Below are positions 1-11,119 of a DNA stretch of 64,000 nt, piece after piece. This DNA is from an uncultured Verrucomicrobiae bacterium (GTDB taxonomy: Bacteria; Verrucomicrobiota; Verrucomicrobiia; Chthoniobacterales; UBA10450): positions 64,001 to 128,000 of the forward strand of contig CAVYXA010000001.1 of assembly GCA_963772365.1 (NCBI GenBank). Direction: 5' to 3'. Positions within the stretch are counted from its first letter, which is position 1; each line of letters opens with the position of its first letter. A model generated the notes under the pieces. The model did not search any database and was not told the DNA's origin. It saw nothing but the letters and a program-made list of their open reading frames with translations. A program made the position numbers and the translations under genes.

Positions 1-67
1 CACGAAAGAATGCCCGCGTCGCCTTCGCGTCGTCGGAATAAATCAAAGTATGAATTGAAGTGATCAT
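1..67 (-). CDS. VOC/glyoxalase-family protein, N-terminal part only (runs off window)
   Basis: Minus strand from ATG at 67 reads MITSIHTLIYSDDAKATRAFFR, a typical VOC-family N-terminus; lies downstream of arsM; not in ORF track. Confidence 0.6.
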   Translation of the reverse strand, partial: MITSIHTLIYSDDAKATRAFFR

Positions 68-117
68 GATGCGCTAATTTACATCAGCATCTGCCGTTTG
101 CCTCGCGCAGGGAGCCA

Positions 118-900
118 CTAGGGCTTTAGCGCTTCGATCGTGGCGGAGACGAGATAATCCTCGACTCGCCTGCCAGGAAGCCATTCGCGAATGAATGATC
201 GCGATGCGTCTTTTGGCGCGATCTTGATCTGTTCAAACCCGGCATCGCGCAGCATCGTTTCTAAATCGGTAACCTGCGATGCGCCGGCCATGCACCCGGT
301 GTAAGCAGACCAATCAGTTTTCACTTCGCCCGGTAATGGCGCGGTTGCCACAACGTCCGCTACGGCGAGGCGGCCGCCTAGTTTTAGCACGCGAAAGGCT
401 TCACGAAACACACGCGGTTTTTCCGGTGAAAGATTGATGACGCAGTTCGAGATAATCACATCCACGCTGTTATCCGCGACTGGTAATGCTTCGATCTCGC
501 CGAGACGAAACTCGACGTTGCCAAAGCCATTCTTGCGCGCGTTCTCGCGGGCCTTCGCCAGCATTTCGTGCGTCATGTCCACCCCAATCACGCGCCCGGT
601 CGCGCCGACCGCGCGCGCGGCGAGAAAACAATCGAACCCAGCACCCGAGCCAAGATCGAGAACCACTTGTCCTTCCTGCAAAGAAGCAATTGCAATCGGA
701 TTGCCGCAGCCGAGTCCCAAGTTCGCCGCTTCCGGCGCAGCGGCTTTATCTTCGTCCGAGTAGCCGAGCTCAGTCGCTGCTGTCGAACCGCAGCACTCAT
801 CGCCGCAGCTGGACGACTCACCACGCGCCGTCGCGCCGTAACGTTTACGGACTTCATCGCGGATCGTTTCAGATGAGGATTCAGTAAGGGACGTCTTCAT
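118..900 (-). CDS. arsM: Arsenite S-adenosylmethionine methyltransferase
   Basis: LGLGCGNP, VLDLGSGAGFDC SAM-binding motif, ISNCVINL, GCMAGA; Cys-rich N-terminus; divergent from arsR. Confidence 0.93.
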   Translation of the reverse strand: MKTSLTESSSETIRDEVRKRYGATARGESSSCGDECCGSTAATELGYSDEDKAAAPEAANLGLGCGNPIAIASLQEGQVVLDLGSGAGFDCFLAARAVGATGRVIGVDMTHEMLAKARENARKNGFGNVEFRLGEIEALPVADNSVDVIISNCVINLSPEKPRVFREAFRVLKLGGRLAVADVVATAPLPGEVKTDWSAYTGCMAGASQVTDLETMLRDAGFEQIKIAPKDASRSFIREWLPGRRVEDYLVSATIEALKP

Positions 901-904
901 AATA

Positions 905-943
905 GTGTTGCCTTATATTCCTCTTCAGGCATATAGTCAACAC
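905..943. promoter_or_regulatory. Imperfect inverted repeat between arsM and arsR, probable ArsR operator / divergent promoter
   Basis: gtgttgccttatat...atatagtcaacac fills the 45-bp divergent intergenic gap. Confidence 0.55.
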
Positions 944-945
944 GT

Positions 946-1302
946 TTGAAGCTCACTAAAATTTATCAGTGCTTCTGTGACCCGACACGCCTGCGGATTC
1001 TTCATCTGCTGACGAAAGGCCCGCTTTGCGTTTGCCACTTCCAGGAGATTCTCGGCGAGCCGCAGGTGAAAATTTCCAAGCACCTGGCGTATCTGCGTGT
1101 CCGCGAAATGGTCGTCGGCGAGCGCGAGCAAACCTGGATGATCTACTCGCTGCCAAAACAACGCGCCGCTGAACTGGAAGCGAACCTGAAATGCCTGCAC
1201 GACTGCGTGCAGACAGAACCGATTTTCAAACGCGATCTCCAGCAACTCGACAAGGTCGTCGCGAAGATCAAAGCGCCGGCAAAAGCATTCGCCCGCACGT
1301 GA
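946..1302 (+). CDS. arsR: ArsR/SmtB-family repressor
   Basis: DPTRLRILHLL, LCVCHF, ISKHLAYLR motifs. Confidence 0.9.
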   Translation: MKLTKIYQCFCDPTRLRILHLLTKGPLCVCHFQEILGEPQVKISKHLAYLRVREMVVGEREQTWMIYSLPKQRAAELEANLKCLHDCVQTEPIFKRDLQQLDKVVAKIKAPAKAFART

Positions 1303-1316
1303 GTATTCACGCAAAC

Positions 1317-1991
1317 ATGAAGAGATACGTCGCAGAAATGATCGGTACGTTTGCGCTCGTTTTCGCGGGCACCGGCGCAATCGTGATCAATGACGTTTCC
1401 GGTGGCGTCATCTCGCATATTGGCGTCGCGTTAAGCTTCGGCCTTGTCGTCATGGCCATGATCTATACCTTCGGTGATATCTCCGGCGCGCATCTCAACC
1501 CGGCGGTCACACTCGGCTTTGTTGCTGCGGGACGGATGTGCGCGAGCGAAGGTACACGCTATGTCGCCAGCCAGGTCACAGGAGCCGTCGTCGCCAGTAC
1601 TGTCTTGCGGCTGATGTTTCCTTCGCATCCCACGCTTGGCATGACCTTACCGGCCGGTTCTGCTCTGCAATCGTTCGCGCTCGAGCTTCTGCTTACTGCG
1701 ATCCTCATGCTGGTTATCCTTAGCATCTCAGTCGGCGCGAAAGAGAAAGGCATCACCGCAGGTATAGCAATCGGCGGCGTTATCGCGCTCGAAGCAATGT
1801 TTGCCGGACCGATCTGCGGCGCATCAATGAACCCCGCCCGCTCACTCGCGCCTGCACTCGTGACTGCGAATTTCCATTCACTCTGGATCTACCTTGTTGC
1901 GCCGATTGCCGGCGCGTCACTGGCAGTTCCGCTATGCATTTGCGTGCGCGAGGCGGGCTGCTGCGGCACTCTACACCTAACAAGCCAATGA
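1317..1991 (+). CDS. MIP/aquaporin channel (AqpS-like arsenite channel)
   Basis: SGAHLNPAV and [11 protein letters not shown] motifs; real start taken as ATG 1317 ([11 protein letters not shown]). Confidence 0.9.
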   Translation: MKRYVAEMIGTFALVFAGTGAIVINDVSGGVISHIGVALSFGLVVMAMIYTFGDISGAHLNPAVTLGFVAAGRMCASEGTRYVASQVTGAVVASTVLRLMFPSHPTLGMTLPAGSALQSFALELLLTAILMLVILSISVGAKEKGITAGIAIGGVIALEAMFAGPICGASMNPARSLAPALVTANFHSLWIYLVAPIAGASLAVPLCICVREAGCCGTLHLTSQ

Positions 1992-2434
1992 AACAAAAAG
2001 TGCTCTTCATCTGCATTCACAACAGCGCCCGCAGCCAAATGGCCGAAGCCTGGCTGAACTATGTCTGCGGAGATTGCTTCGAAGCACAGAGCGCCGGCCT
2101 CGAACCCGGAACACTCAATCCGCTCGCCGTTCGAGTGATGACGGAAGTCGGGATCGACATCTCAAAGAAGAAAACTCAATCAGTATTTGATGTGTTTAAG
2201 TCAGGCCAGCTCTTTGCATACGTCATCACCGTCTGCGATGAGAGCAGCGCCGAACGCTGCCCGATCTTTCCCGGTCCAAGCCAGCGACTCCACTGGAGCT
2301 TCGCCGATCCGTCCGCGGTCACCGGCAGCGAAGAAGAGACGCTGCTGAAAGTCCGCGCGACCCGCGACGAGATTCGCTGCAAAATCGAAGAGTGGTGCGA
2401 GCAAGTTTGCCCCGGTGCTTTCCTGCCTGTCTAG
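1988..2434 (+). CDS. arsC: Arsenate reductase, LMW-PTP/thioredoxin type
   Basis: [15 protein letters not shown]-loop, TVCD, CPIFPG, HWSFADP; ATG 1988 overlaps upstream stop. Confidence 0.92.
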   Translation: MKQKVLFICIHNSARSQMAEAWLNYVCGDCFEAQSAGLEPGTLNPLAVRVMTEVGIDISKKKTQSVFDVFKSGQLFAYVITVCDESSAERCPIFPGPSQRLHWSFADPSAVTGSEEETLLKVRATRDEIRCKIEEWCEQVCPGAFLPV

Positions 2435-2538
2435 CGCCTTCAAAAAACCGCGTCTGGAACTCGTGTGTCGTAGAACACCGTGCGTTTACCGCAAGACTGC
2501 ATTAGGCGCCGGAAGATCGCGCGAGAAGCGCCGCGTGA

Positions 2539-3341
<803 letters not shown>

Positions 3342-3369
3342 TAGCCTTTCTACTTCCTACTTTTCTTCC

Positions 3370-3425
3370 GTCTTCCGCCGCGTCGCCGGCGTCACGCCGA
3401 CGGAGTTTCGGAGTGCGCTCTATAG
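3370..3425 (+). repeat. AraC-family gene 3'-end remnant, copy 1
   Basis: Reads VFRRVAGVTPTEFRSAL; 3383-3411 is identical (29 bp) to 5196-5224. Confidence 0.75.
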
Positions 3426-3460
3426 TTGTCTCGCGACGTAATTACAGTTACCCTCGCTCC

Positions 3461-3664
3461 GTGAGCCTCACCGAAATCAAGAGCGCCGTGGACGCCCTTT
3501 CTCCTGAAGAGCTTGCGGACCTGGCCGCTTTTATTCGCGAGCGGGACCAAGCCGCGTGGGATCGACAGATCGACGCCGACTTTGCCGATGGCGGACGGCT
3601 GCAGCGGGTGGCGGAAGAGGTTCGGGCGGACATCCGTGCGGGCCGCTTGCAGGACCTGCCGTGA
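3461..3664 (+). CDS. Putative antitoxin (small helical protein)
   Basis: GTG start, SLTEIKSAVDALSPEEL..WDRQIDADF; stop overlaps the downstream RelE-like gene (GTGA). Confidence 0.7.
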   Translation: MSLTEIKSAVDALSPEELADLAAFIRERDQAAWDRQIDADFADGGRLQRVAEEVRADIRAGRLQDLP

Positions 3665-3918
3665 CCGGGCGGACGCACCGTCGGTTCTGGAAGCAGTTCG
3701 ATTCGCTCCCTCCAGCCATCCAGAAACTCGCACGGGAAAAATACGCGCTCTGGAAGGACGATCCGTATCATGTCTCTTTGCGTTTCGAGGAACGGCGCAA
3801 CGGAATTTGCGTCGTCCGCATCGGCGAGCATTATCGCGCCGTCGGAGTGCGGGAAGGCGACGTGATCGCGTGGTTCTGGATCGGCACGCACGAGGAATAC
3901 AACCGCTTCCGCTTCTGA
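3661..3918 (+). CDS. RelE/ParE-superfamily toxin-like protein
   Basis: RFWKQFDSLP..HVSLRF..VRIGEHYRAVG..WFWIGTHEEYN. Confidence 0.75.
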   Translation: MTGRTHRRFWKQFDSLPPAIQKLAREKYALWKDDPYHVSLRFEERRNGICVVRIGEHYRAVGVREGDVIAWFWIGTHEEYNRFRF

Positions 3919-3964
3919 TCGACTGCTCCCATTTCAGCTTCTCAGATTGTCAGCGTGTCAACTT

Positions 3965-4040
3965 TTTCCTTGGACCGGCCTCAGTCCGCTGCAATTCGTC
4001 ACCCGCGAACTATCACCCGCGCCCCAGCAGATGATGCGGG
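3965..4040 (+). pseudogene. AraC HTH internal fragment
   Basis: TGLSPLQFVTRE..QQMMR; 3986-4002 is identical to 5098-5114. Confidence 0.6.
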
Positions 4041-4118
4041 CTGTAACCCGTCAGGCAGCCAGACATCCCTCGAAATTCAAGGATCAACCTCCAGGATCGC
4101 ACCTGGCCAGGATTTCAG

Positions 4119-4934
4119 CTATGCTGCGCGCCCCGTCACCCAAAGAGCTAGCAGGAGGCTGGCAATTGTGCCCATGCTCTTGACTGCGATGTAAAGGATA
4201 CAGACGGCGAGCGCCTTCCCTGCGCTCTGCGCCCACCTTTGTTCATAAACACGGCGGACCGACAGGAATATGTAGGTGAGCGACCAAATCAGAATGAGCA
4301 AAGAGACGATCGTGAAGACGCGTGCAACTTGCATCCCGAAAATCGCGTAGATCGGCCAGAAGATAATTCCCATCAGATAGGTGAACGCCAAAATGTGCAG
4401 CGCGAAAATGAGATGCTCTACGTAAAACCGCCGGCGTCTCACATAGAGGAGGGCCAGTCCGGTTGCGAGGGCGACCGGGTAAACGATTTCGCTGAAATAG
4501 AGATACTTTTGCCAGCGTGCATTCACTTCGAAGAGCATCTGCTCTTCGGTGGCGTGTCGCTTCTGCGCGATCGCCGTGATTCTCTTATGCCAGCCCGAGT
4601 CCCGCGCCATAAAGGAACGGACATCGTAGAGCGCGGCCGGCCGGTAGATCGAATAGAGGAAAATACTTAACGCGAAAGCCGTGACGTAGAGTTTTACCGG
4701 CCCGAGGTATGGCTTGACCGCGCCACGGACAAACTCCGTCGTGAGGTAGCCGGGCCGCAGGAAGAGGAGGCGCAGAGTTCTGATCAGCTTCGAGTGTTCG
4801 AAGTCGGCGACCTCCTCGAAGGTGCGGTGGAGGAAGCTGGAGATCTTCAGCTGGGAACGGTCCGGCCGGCGTTCCCCGCATTGCGCGCAATAGGCACCGG
4901 AGAGCGGTGCTCCACAACTGACGCATCGGTCCAC
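4119..4934 (-). CDS. DUF3667-domain membrane protein
   Basis: CxxC..YCxxCG zinc ribbon followed by LxxLFLRPGYLTTEF; multiple TM segments. Confidence 0.8.
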   Translation of the reverse strand: MDRCVSCGAPLSGAYCAQCGERRPDRSQLKISSFLHRTFEEVADFEHSKLIRTLRLLFLRPGYLTTEFVRGAVKPYLGPVKLYVTAFALSIFLYSIYRPAALYDVRSFMARDSGWHKRITAIAQKRHATEEQMLFEVNARWQKYLYFSEIVYPVALATGLALLYVRRRRFYVEHLIFALHILAFTYLMGIIFWPIYAIFGMQVARVFTIVSLLILIWSLTYIFLSVRRVYEQRWAQSAGKALAVCILYIAVKSMGTIASLLLALWVTGRAA

Positions 4935-5079
4935 GCCCGAGAGAAGCGCAAAAAGTGAAAAAGAGGAAGGGCAAAGACCTTTCCGCGACCCGCCTGCGCA
5001 TCACCCGCGGAAGTTTATTTCAGCGTTCAGATTTTGAAAGCCCGGCCGTTCGCTTCGCGATCCGTTACGGCAGCGTTTC

Positions 5080-5236
5080 CCAGAGATCGGCCTTTCCCCG
5101 CTGCAATTCGTCACGCGCGAGCGCATCACGAATTCCTCCTTCTGCCTTCATACTTTCTTCTCGCCCGAGCGCCTTCGCGCAAGTCTTTTGCCGCATCGCC
5201 GGCGTCACGCCGACGGAGTTTCGGGGCGTGCTCTAG
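5080..5236 (+). pseudogene. AraC-family regulator C-terminal remnant, copy 2
   Basis: IGLSPLQFVTRERIT...PSAFAQVFCRIAGVTPTEFRGVL*. Confidence 0.7.
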
Positions 5237-5294
5237 GCTCGGCAAGAACCGACACCGCCCTAATCTTATTCGGCGCGGCTTCCGCGAAAGGATA

Positions 5295-6206
5295 TCACCT
5301 AGAATTTGTACTCGCTGGTTTCCCTGGCTTGTATAAGATCAGCTGCCGTTTCGAAACCGTATGAGCCGTGTGCATCCTCACGGTGCTGCAGTCGATGCCG
5401 GCAGCCTTTGCCTCACGCTGAACGACGTCTGAACGGTGATATGTGATAATTACCGGTCCCGAGAAACCTCGGATCGCTTTAAACAGCTTTTCACAACTAA
5501 CATCATGATAGCTGTATAGCCGGAGACCAGCTCCGCGACCGTTTGCCACATATGGAGGATCCACGAAGGCGACGGCATTTGGGGTATCACTATAAACTCT
5601 TAGCGCTTCTAACCCGTCGCCGCATGCGAAAGTGATCTTGCTTCGCAGCGCGTGGACGGCTTCCACTCTCCTAGCGAGCGTCTCTGGGTACCAACGCGAT
5701 TGAATACCGCGATTCCGCTCACCACGATTTAGCAACCCTGCTCCGGGCGCCATGATGCCACCACGGGAAATCCGGTTCAATAGAAGGCAACGGAAAGCCC
5801 GGGAAACTGAATCTCCGCTTCGGCTCTTCAACGTCGCTCGCGCCGTCGCAGTGTCCAACGTGAAGGTTCTAATTCGCTTGGCTAGATGTTTAGCCCCGCC
5901 ATTAAGGATTACTTCCCAGACTGCTGCGACGTCCGGATCGATCTCGACTAGCGTGACGTTATCTACGAGATCCAATTCGGCGACCGCAAGCCCAACACTG
6001 GAGCCGCCCGCGAAGGGTTCGACGAAATGCGACGGCCGATATCCAAGATTACGAATCCATTCAATTATTTTCGGCCGGAGGGCACTCTTTCCTCCGGGAT
6101 ATCGAAAGGGACTAAGCGTTGATGGTCCCCGATTAGGGCCCAACTGTGATTCTCGTTTGGCGCGCTTGGTCAACTTGGCAACCGGTACCCCCAGTGTTCC
6201 CTGCAA
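5295..6206 (-). CDS. Dam/D12-class N6-adenine DNA methyltransferase
   Basis: SPFRYPGGKS, FVEPFAGGSSV, FVDPPY motifs. Confidence 0.9.
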   Translation of the reverse strand: MQGTLGVPVAKLTKRAKRESQLGPNRGPSTLSPFRYPGGKSALRPKIIEWIRNLGYRPSHFVEPFAGGSSVGLAVAELDLVDNVTLVEIDPDVAAVWEVILNGGAKHLAKRIRTFTLDTATARATLKSRSGDSVSRAFRCLLLNRISRGGIMAPGAGLLNRGERNRGIQSRWYPETLARRVEAVHALRSKITFACGDGLEALRVYSDTPNAVAFVDPPYVANGRGAGLRLYSYHDVSCEKLFKAIRGFSGPVIITYHRSDVVQREAKAAGIDCSTVRMHTAHTVSKRQLILYKPGKPASTNSR

Positions 6207-7069
6207 GAACGGCGTAGATCCTTGAATATCTTTGTAGAAGCAGGTCTAGAATCACCTGCCGAATGCAGCGCCACCCTGCAACGATCAAAGAAAATCCCAC
6301 CTAATCGGGCGTTATGTTTCCAATACCCTGCTTCAGGTGTCCGGTGCGGAACGAAATACGATCTAATCAGCGGACTTATCGGAGCATCCGAAAGCCAATT
6401 GTCCCAGAAGCCTTCTCGTGGTTGAAGTTCAGAGAGCTTAGCGCCGTCCCAGTTCGCTCCGGCGGCGCATTGCCCGAATAACATCAATTGGCTCCCGCGG
6501 CGATCCGGAAAAGCTTTCCAAGCCACCAAATCGAGTTTCCCATCCTGAATCCGAACCCCTTTCAATTGCTTGTAGCTCTCACCCTCATTCAATTCTGTCG
6601 CAAGCCGGTCTACTTGTGCTCGAAAAACGGCTTTCGCTCCGACGCTTTTCCTGCTCGACGTTCCAAAGAGTAGCGCGTCTCCACCGACATAAACGCGTGC
6701 TGCGACGCAGCTGAGATGTTCGAAGAGCAACCAGGGATCGAACTTCGCATTCCTTTTTTTCTTCCAGCCATAGTATGACAGCATGAGGCAAAATAGGTAT
6801 GGCGCTGGATTCACGGGAAAACTAGCGCGGAGCGATACAACGGTGCCTTTGACCTCAAAAGGGTAGGCGCTCGCTGCCGCCCGCTGACGTAGATGAACTT
6901 CGTCAAATACCTGCGCCAAGGTATCTCCCAAGTCGCCCGTCGTTTGGATATTCAGCGCCCTTTCTAGATCGCCTGCGCTAGAGTCGCCGTCGTCGGCCTC
7001 AATAGCGGTTAGCTCGAGCCAGTCCGCTAGTCGTGCCACGTCTGTTGTGGAATTGGGAGCACCCGGCAT
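6170..7069 (-). CDS. Hypothetical protein, putative restriction-endonuclease-like (PD-(D/E)xK variant) fold
   Basis: FEHL..DGKLDLVAW..LFGQCAAG pattern resembles E..D..QxK-type nucleases; operonic between ParB-like and MTase genes. Confidence 0.5.
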   Translation of the reverse strand: MPGAPNSTTDVARLADWLELTAIEADDGDSSAGDLERALNIQTTGDLGDTLAQVFDEVHLRQRAAASAYPFEVKGTVVSLRASFPVNPAPYLFCLMLSYYGWKKKRNAKFDPWLLFEHLSCVAARVYVGGDALLFGTSSRKSVGAKAVFRAQVDRLATELNEGESYKQLKGVRIQDGKLDLVAWKAFPDRRGSQLMLFGQCAAGANWDGAKLSELQPREGFWDNWLSDAPISPLIRSYFVPHRTPEAGYWKHNARLGGIFFDRCRVALHSAGDSRPASTKIFKDLRRSCREHWGYRLPS

Positions 7070-7081
7070 GGAGACGGAAAC

Positions 7082-8194
7082 TTACTTCCTGCGTTCCGCG
7101 ATCTGTCGCATTTCGCTTAGAATCGCAGTTGTCAACTTATGAATTCCCTCCATTGAGCTCAGCGGCTGCTGATCGCCTTTGTAGCCGGTGGTGACAGTGC
7201 CCCTAACCTCCTGCAAAGCATCTTTCGCGTTGATTAAAGATTCTTCGAAGCGTCGGCTGTCGCCGAGGCTGATCGCATAAGAACGCTCCAGACTGATGCC
7301 CGATCGAAGGGCGTTCAGAGCCGATCGGTCAGCGATTACGTCGCGTAGCATTGAAAGATGAGGATTCTGCTTTCTAACGATTGGATCCTTGTCTCGTGCC
7401 TTGTCCCCAAATAGCCAAACCATCAATTCACCGAGCTGCGGGAAGTGGGATCGCTTCACCGGGTTTTCCACAAGGGAATTCTCTTCCGTAACGCCGAGGA
7501 ACTTTTGAATATCCGGATAGGCTACAGCCGTGTACAAGTGAGAGAAATGCAGTCGATTCCTGACTCTATTTTCACGATCGAACAGACCTTTGTTTTCTGC
7601 CTGCTCAAGTAAGACATAGCCTCTATAAAACCGCTTTACAGTGCTGTGCTGGTCTCCGATTTTCCGCGCAATCGTGTCGAGGTCTATCCCTAGATCTCTA
7701 CGCACCTGCGCGACGTAGGTAGCTTTGGCTAAGGCGTCCCATTCTTTTGGGCCGTTAACATGCCGGAATCCAAAATATTCCCACAGAGCTTCCCGATCGG
7801 GGTAGACAGCAACCGGCAAGTATTGAAGACGTCGACGCTGCGATACTGTCAGCTTGGGAAGATCTGTCGCTTTAACCTTCGCGCGGAGGCCGTCGTCCGT
7901 CAGCAAGAGCACCGCGGATAGCCGACGATTGCCCTCGACTACAATGTAATGGGGCTCTTTTTTTGAATATCCTTTGGCTGGAATCGCGAGAAGCGGTTCC
8001 TCCGGGAAGAAGCCGTTCTCCGCGATTGAGAGCGCGACTTCACTCACAGCCATTTCTTGCCACATGGCTTTGACGAGGCCTTCAGGTCCCTTCGAAACAT
8101 CAACATGCGCCAATCGCGGATTATCGGGATCGAGCAGAAGGCGCCCGATCGCGATCGGCTCAATTTTCATTGGCTCCGGAGTGTCAGTCGGCAT
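7082..8194 (-). CDS. ParB/Srx N-terminal domain protein
   Basis: LLLDPDNPRL, SIAENGF, YIVVEGNRRLSAV, RHVNGPKEW; start probably ATG 8194. Confidence 0.8.
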   Translation of the reverse strand: MPTDTPEPMKIEPIAIGRLLLDPDNPRLAHVDVSKGPEGLVKAMWQEMAVSEVALSIAENGFFPEEPLLAIPAKGYSKKEPHYIVVEGNRRLSAVLLLTDDGLRAKVKATDLPKLTVSQRRRLQYLPVAVYPDREALWEYFGFRHVNGPKEWDALAKATYVAQVRRDLGIDLDTIARKIGDQHSTVKRFYRGYVLLEQAENKGLFDRENRVRNRLHFSHLYTAVAYPDIQKFLGVTEENSLVENPVKRSHFPQLGELMVWLFGDKARDKDPIVRKQNPHLSMLRDVIADRSALNALRSGISLERSYAISLGDSRRFEESLINAKDALQEVRGTVTTGYKGDQQPLSSMEGIHKLTTAILSEMRQIAERRK

Positions 8195-8294
8195 TTTGGA
8201 ATCAGTCGGCACAAATACGTTTCCATCATTCGTGGGCAACACGCGAGCACGAATATGCGCGCGGTTTGCGAGACTGGCGAGATCAGCGTTTCGG

Positions 8295-8331
8295 CGCAAG
8301 AACACGACAGCCGCCGCACGATCGCGCGAGC
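8295..8331 (+). repeat. Duplicate of the AKR upstream (AraC-site-like) motif
   Basis: 31/37 identical to 8977-9013; both copies are followed 30 nt later by ATGCAA. Confidence 0.65.
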
Positions 8332-8392
8332 CGCGTAAAGTCGCTGCGCTCCACGCGGCTCATGCAATTATTTGAGCCGAGGTCGGTCGAGG

Positions 8393-8658
8393 TTAGTGAG
8401 GAAAGCGGTGGTCGAAATCTTTGTGCGTTCCGACCCAAATCCAGAGCCACTGGTCTCGATGCCGGAGAGCGACGGCGCGAACATCTCTCGTAACCCGAAC
8501 CGACCAGGCACGCGGGTCGAAGCGCAGACGCTCGAGCCGTAAACCGGGATGGGCGGGGTTTTGGCTGAATAGCTGATACGCTCGCCGGGTCGCTGCTCGA
8601 ATTTCGGGTGGTAGCTCCGGTAAAGCTGCCAAAACTCCGGAGCGGCGCGGGAGGTCAC
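8393..8658 (-). pseudogene. RelE/ParE-like toxin, single-base frameshift near 8617
   Basis: MTSRAAPEFWQLYR | ELPPEIR..HPGLRLERL..WSVRV..WIWVGTHKDFD in two frames. Confidence 0.75.
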
Positions 8659-8664
8659 GCGCGC

Positions 8665-8904
8665 TTAATCGAAATCGCTCTCCGCGACTTTGGGATACGA
8701 TTCTGGCTCGGCCGAAAGATCAACTTCGTAGCGATCAAGCAGCGTGGTGAAGCTCGGGCGTGGCTGGTCATCGCGCAGAATGCGCTCCCATTCGGGATCA
8801 ACGGTTAGCTCGGGGAAAAGCTGCGGAAGATGCTGGAGAAGTTTCTCACGTTCAGCCTTCCCCAAGGCGCGAATCGCTTCTTCGATCTGCTGCGCTGTGC
8901 TCAC
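8665..8904 (-). CDS. Putative antitoxin
   Basis: MSTAQQIEEAIRAL..EWERI, same type as 3461-3664; directly upstream of toxin. Confidence 0.65.
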   Translation of the reverse strand: MSTAQQIEEAIRALGKAEREKLLQHLPQLFPELTVDPEWERILRDDQPRPSFTTLLDRYEVDLSAEPESYPKVAESDFD

Positions 8905-8976
8905 ATGCAGAGCTTACAGACTACAGGCGGACATCGCAATCCGAGAGACCGACCCCGCGGACGTGTCAGACTTTCT

Positions 8977-9013
8977 CGCAAGAACGCGACAGGCCGCGCA
9001 AGATCGCGAGAGC
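8977..9013 (+). promoter_or_regulatory. Tandem CGCAAGA direct repeats (20-bp period) upstream of AKR, likely AraC-family site
   Basis: cgcaaga-N13-cgcaaga; related motifs at about 2490 (upstream of the other AKR), 5241 and 8295. Confidence 0.5.
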
Positions 9014-9043
9014 GGGCTGACTCTTCAGCTGCGATTCTTGGTT

Positions 9044-9911
<868 letters not shown>

Positions 9912-10225
9912 GCGGTGCAGCCGGGGAGTCCAAATAGGATCAGCGTCTGAATCTTGCAATTTAGCGCGACAAACTACTCCTTCTATGTCGCCGCCTTCGA
10001 GCGCTCAAGCTTTTACTGCAGAACCCGGAGCGGTCGGAGCAGCAAACGCCACGTAAAATCTTCGATCACGTGGCGGACTCATGTAGACTCTGCCATCAGG
10101 CAGCATGAATGTCATCGCGGTAGGCACCGGCGCAGCGAGCGAGTATTTTTGATCCGACGCGCACGTGCCTCTGGCTGGTGCACACGACGATTGTGTTACC
10201 GCTCAATTTTTCACACGATAGCCCA

Positions 10226-11023
10226 ATGCGGATCGCGAGTGTAGGTCAGGTGGTTTTTGCGGCGACCATGATAGCGCTTGGAATCGCGGGTCTATCCAGA
10301 GGCGATTTCACGGCGATATGGTTGCCGGTCCCGAAGGATGTGCCCGCGAGGGAGGCGTTGGGTTACCTCTGCGCCCTCATATCTCTGGCGTCCGGGGTTG
10401 GGCTGCTCTGGCAACGCAGCGCCACGATCGCAGCCCGCGTATTATTTCTTTGGTTTTTATTTTGGTTGCTGCTCTTGCGCCTGCCCGGTTTCTCCCGTGG
10501 ATTCAAAGTCGACGTTTACTGGCCCGCGTGTCAGACCGCGGTGATGCTGGCAGCGGCATGGGTGCTATACACCTGGCTTGCGACTGATTGGGACAAGAAA
10601 TGGTTCGGTTTCGCCGCCGGCGAGAACGGTCTGCGCATCGCGAGAGCGCTCTACGGGCTCGCCTTGATTCCGTTTGGTCTGGCTCATTTCACCTACTTAA
10701 AGCAGACGACGGTGCTCGTGCCCGGATGGCTGCCATGGCATGTGGCGTGGGCGTATTTTACCGGCGCGGCCTTCATCGCGGCGGGCACCGCGATTATCCT
10801 CGGCTTATGGGCGCGACTCGCGGCGGCACTGTCGACCTTGCAAATGGGATTGTTCCTGCTGCTGGTGTGGATACCGAAGATCGCGGAAGGTTCAATGACG
10901 ACATTTCAGTGGGGCGAGGCTGTGGTCACGTGGGCGCTAACGAGTGCCGGCTGGGTCGTGACCGATTCTTATCGCGGTGCACACTGGCTCGTCCTAAAGC
11001 CGCGACGGGTCCCGCCCCTTTAG
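10226..11023 (+). CDS. DoxX-like membrane protein
   Basis: Multi-TM; FGLAHF..VPGWLPW..WAYFTG. Confidence 0.7.
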   Translation: MRIASVGQVVFAATMIALGIAGLSRGDFTAIWLPVPKDVPAREALGYLCALISLASGVGLLWQRSATIAARVLFLWFLFWLLLLRLPGFSRGFKVDVYWPACQTAVMLAAAWVLYTWLATDWDKKWFGFAAGENGLRIARALYGLALIPFGLAHFTYLKQTTVLVPGWLPWHVAWAYFTGAAFIAAGTAIILGLWARLAAALSTLQMGLFLLLVWIPKIAEGSMTTFQWGEAVVTWALTSAGWVVTDSYRGAHWLVLKPRRVPPL

Positions 11024-11119
11024 AAGCTGCCGCTTTTGCTATAGAAATCGGGGCGGTCGAAGCAGCAACGCATCGCCTTCCGGTGCGGAGATAGTTAATC
11101 TTAGCCGTTTCAGAATTTC

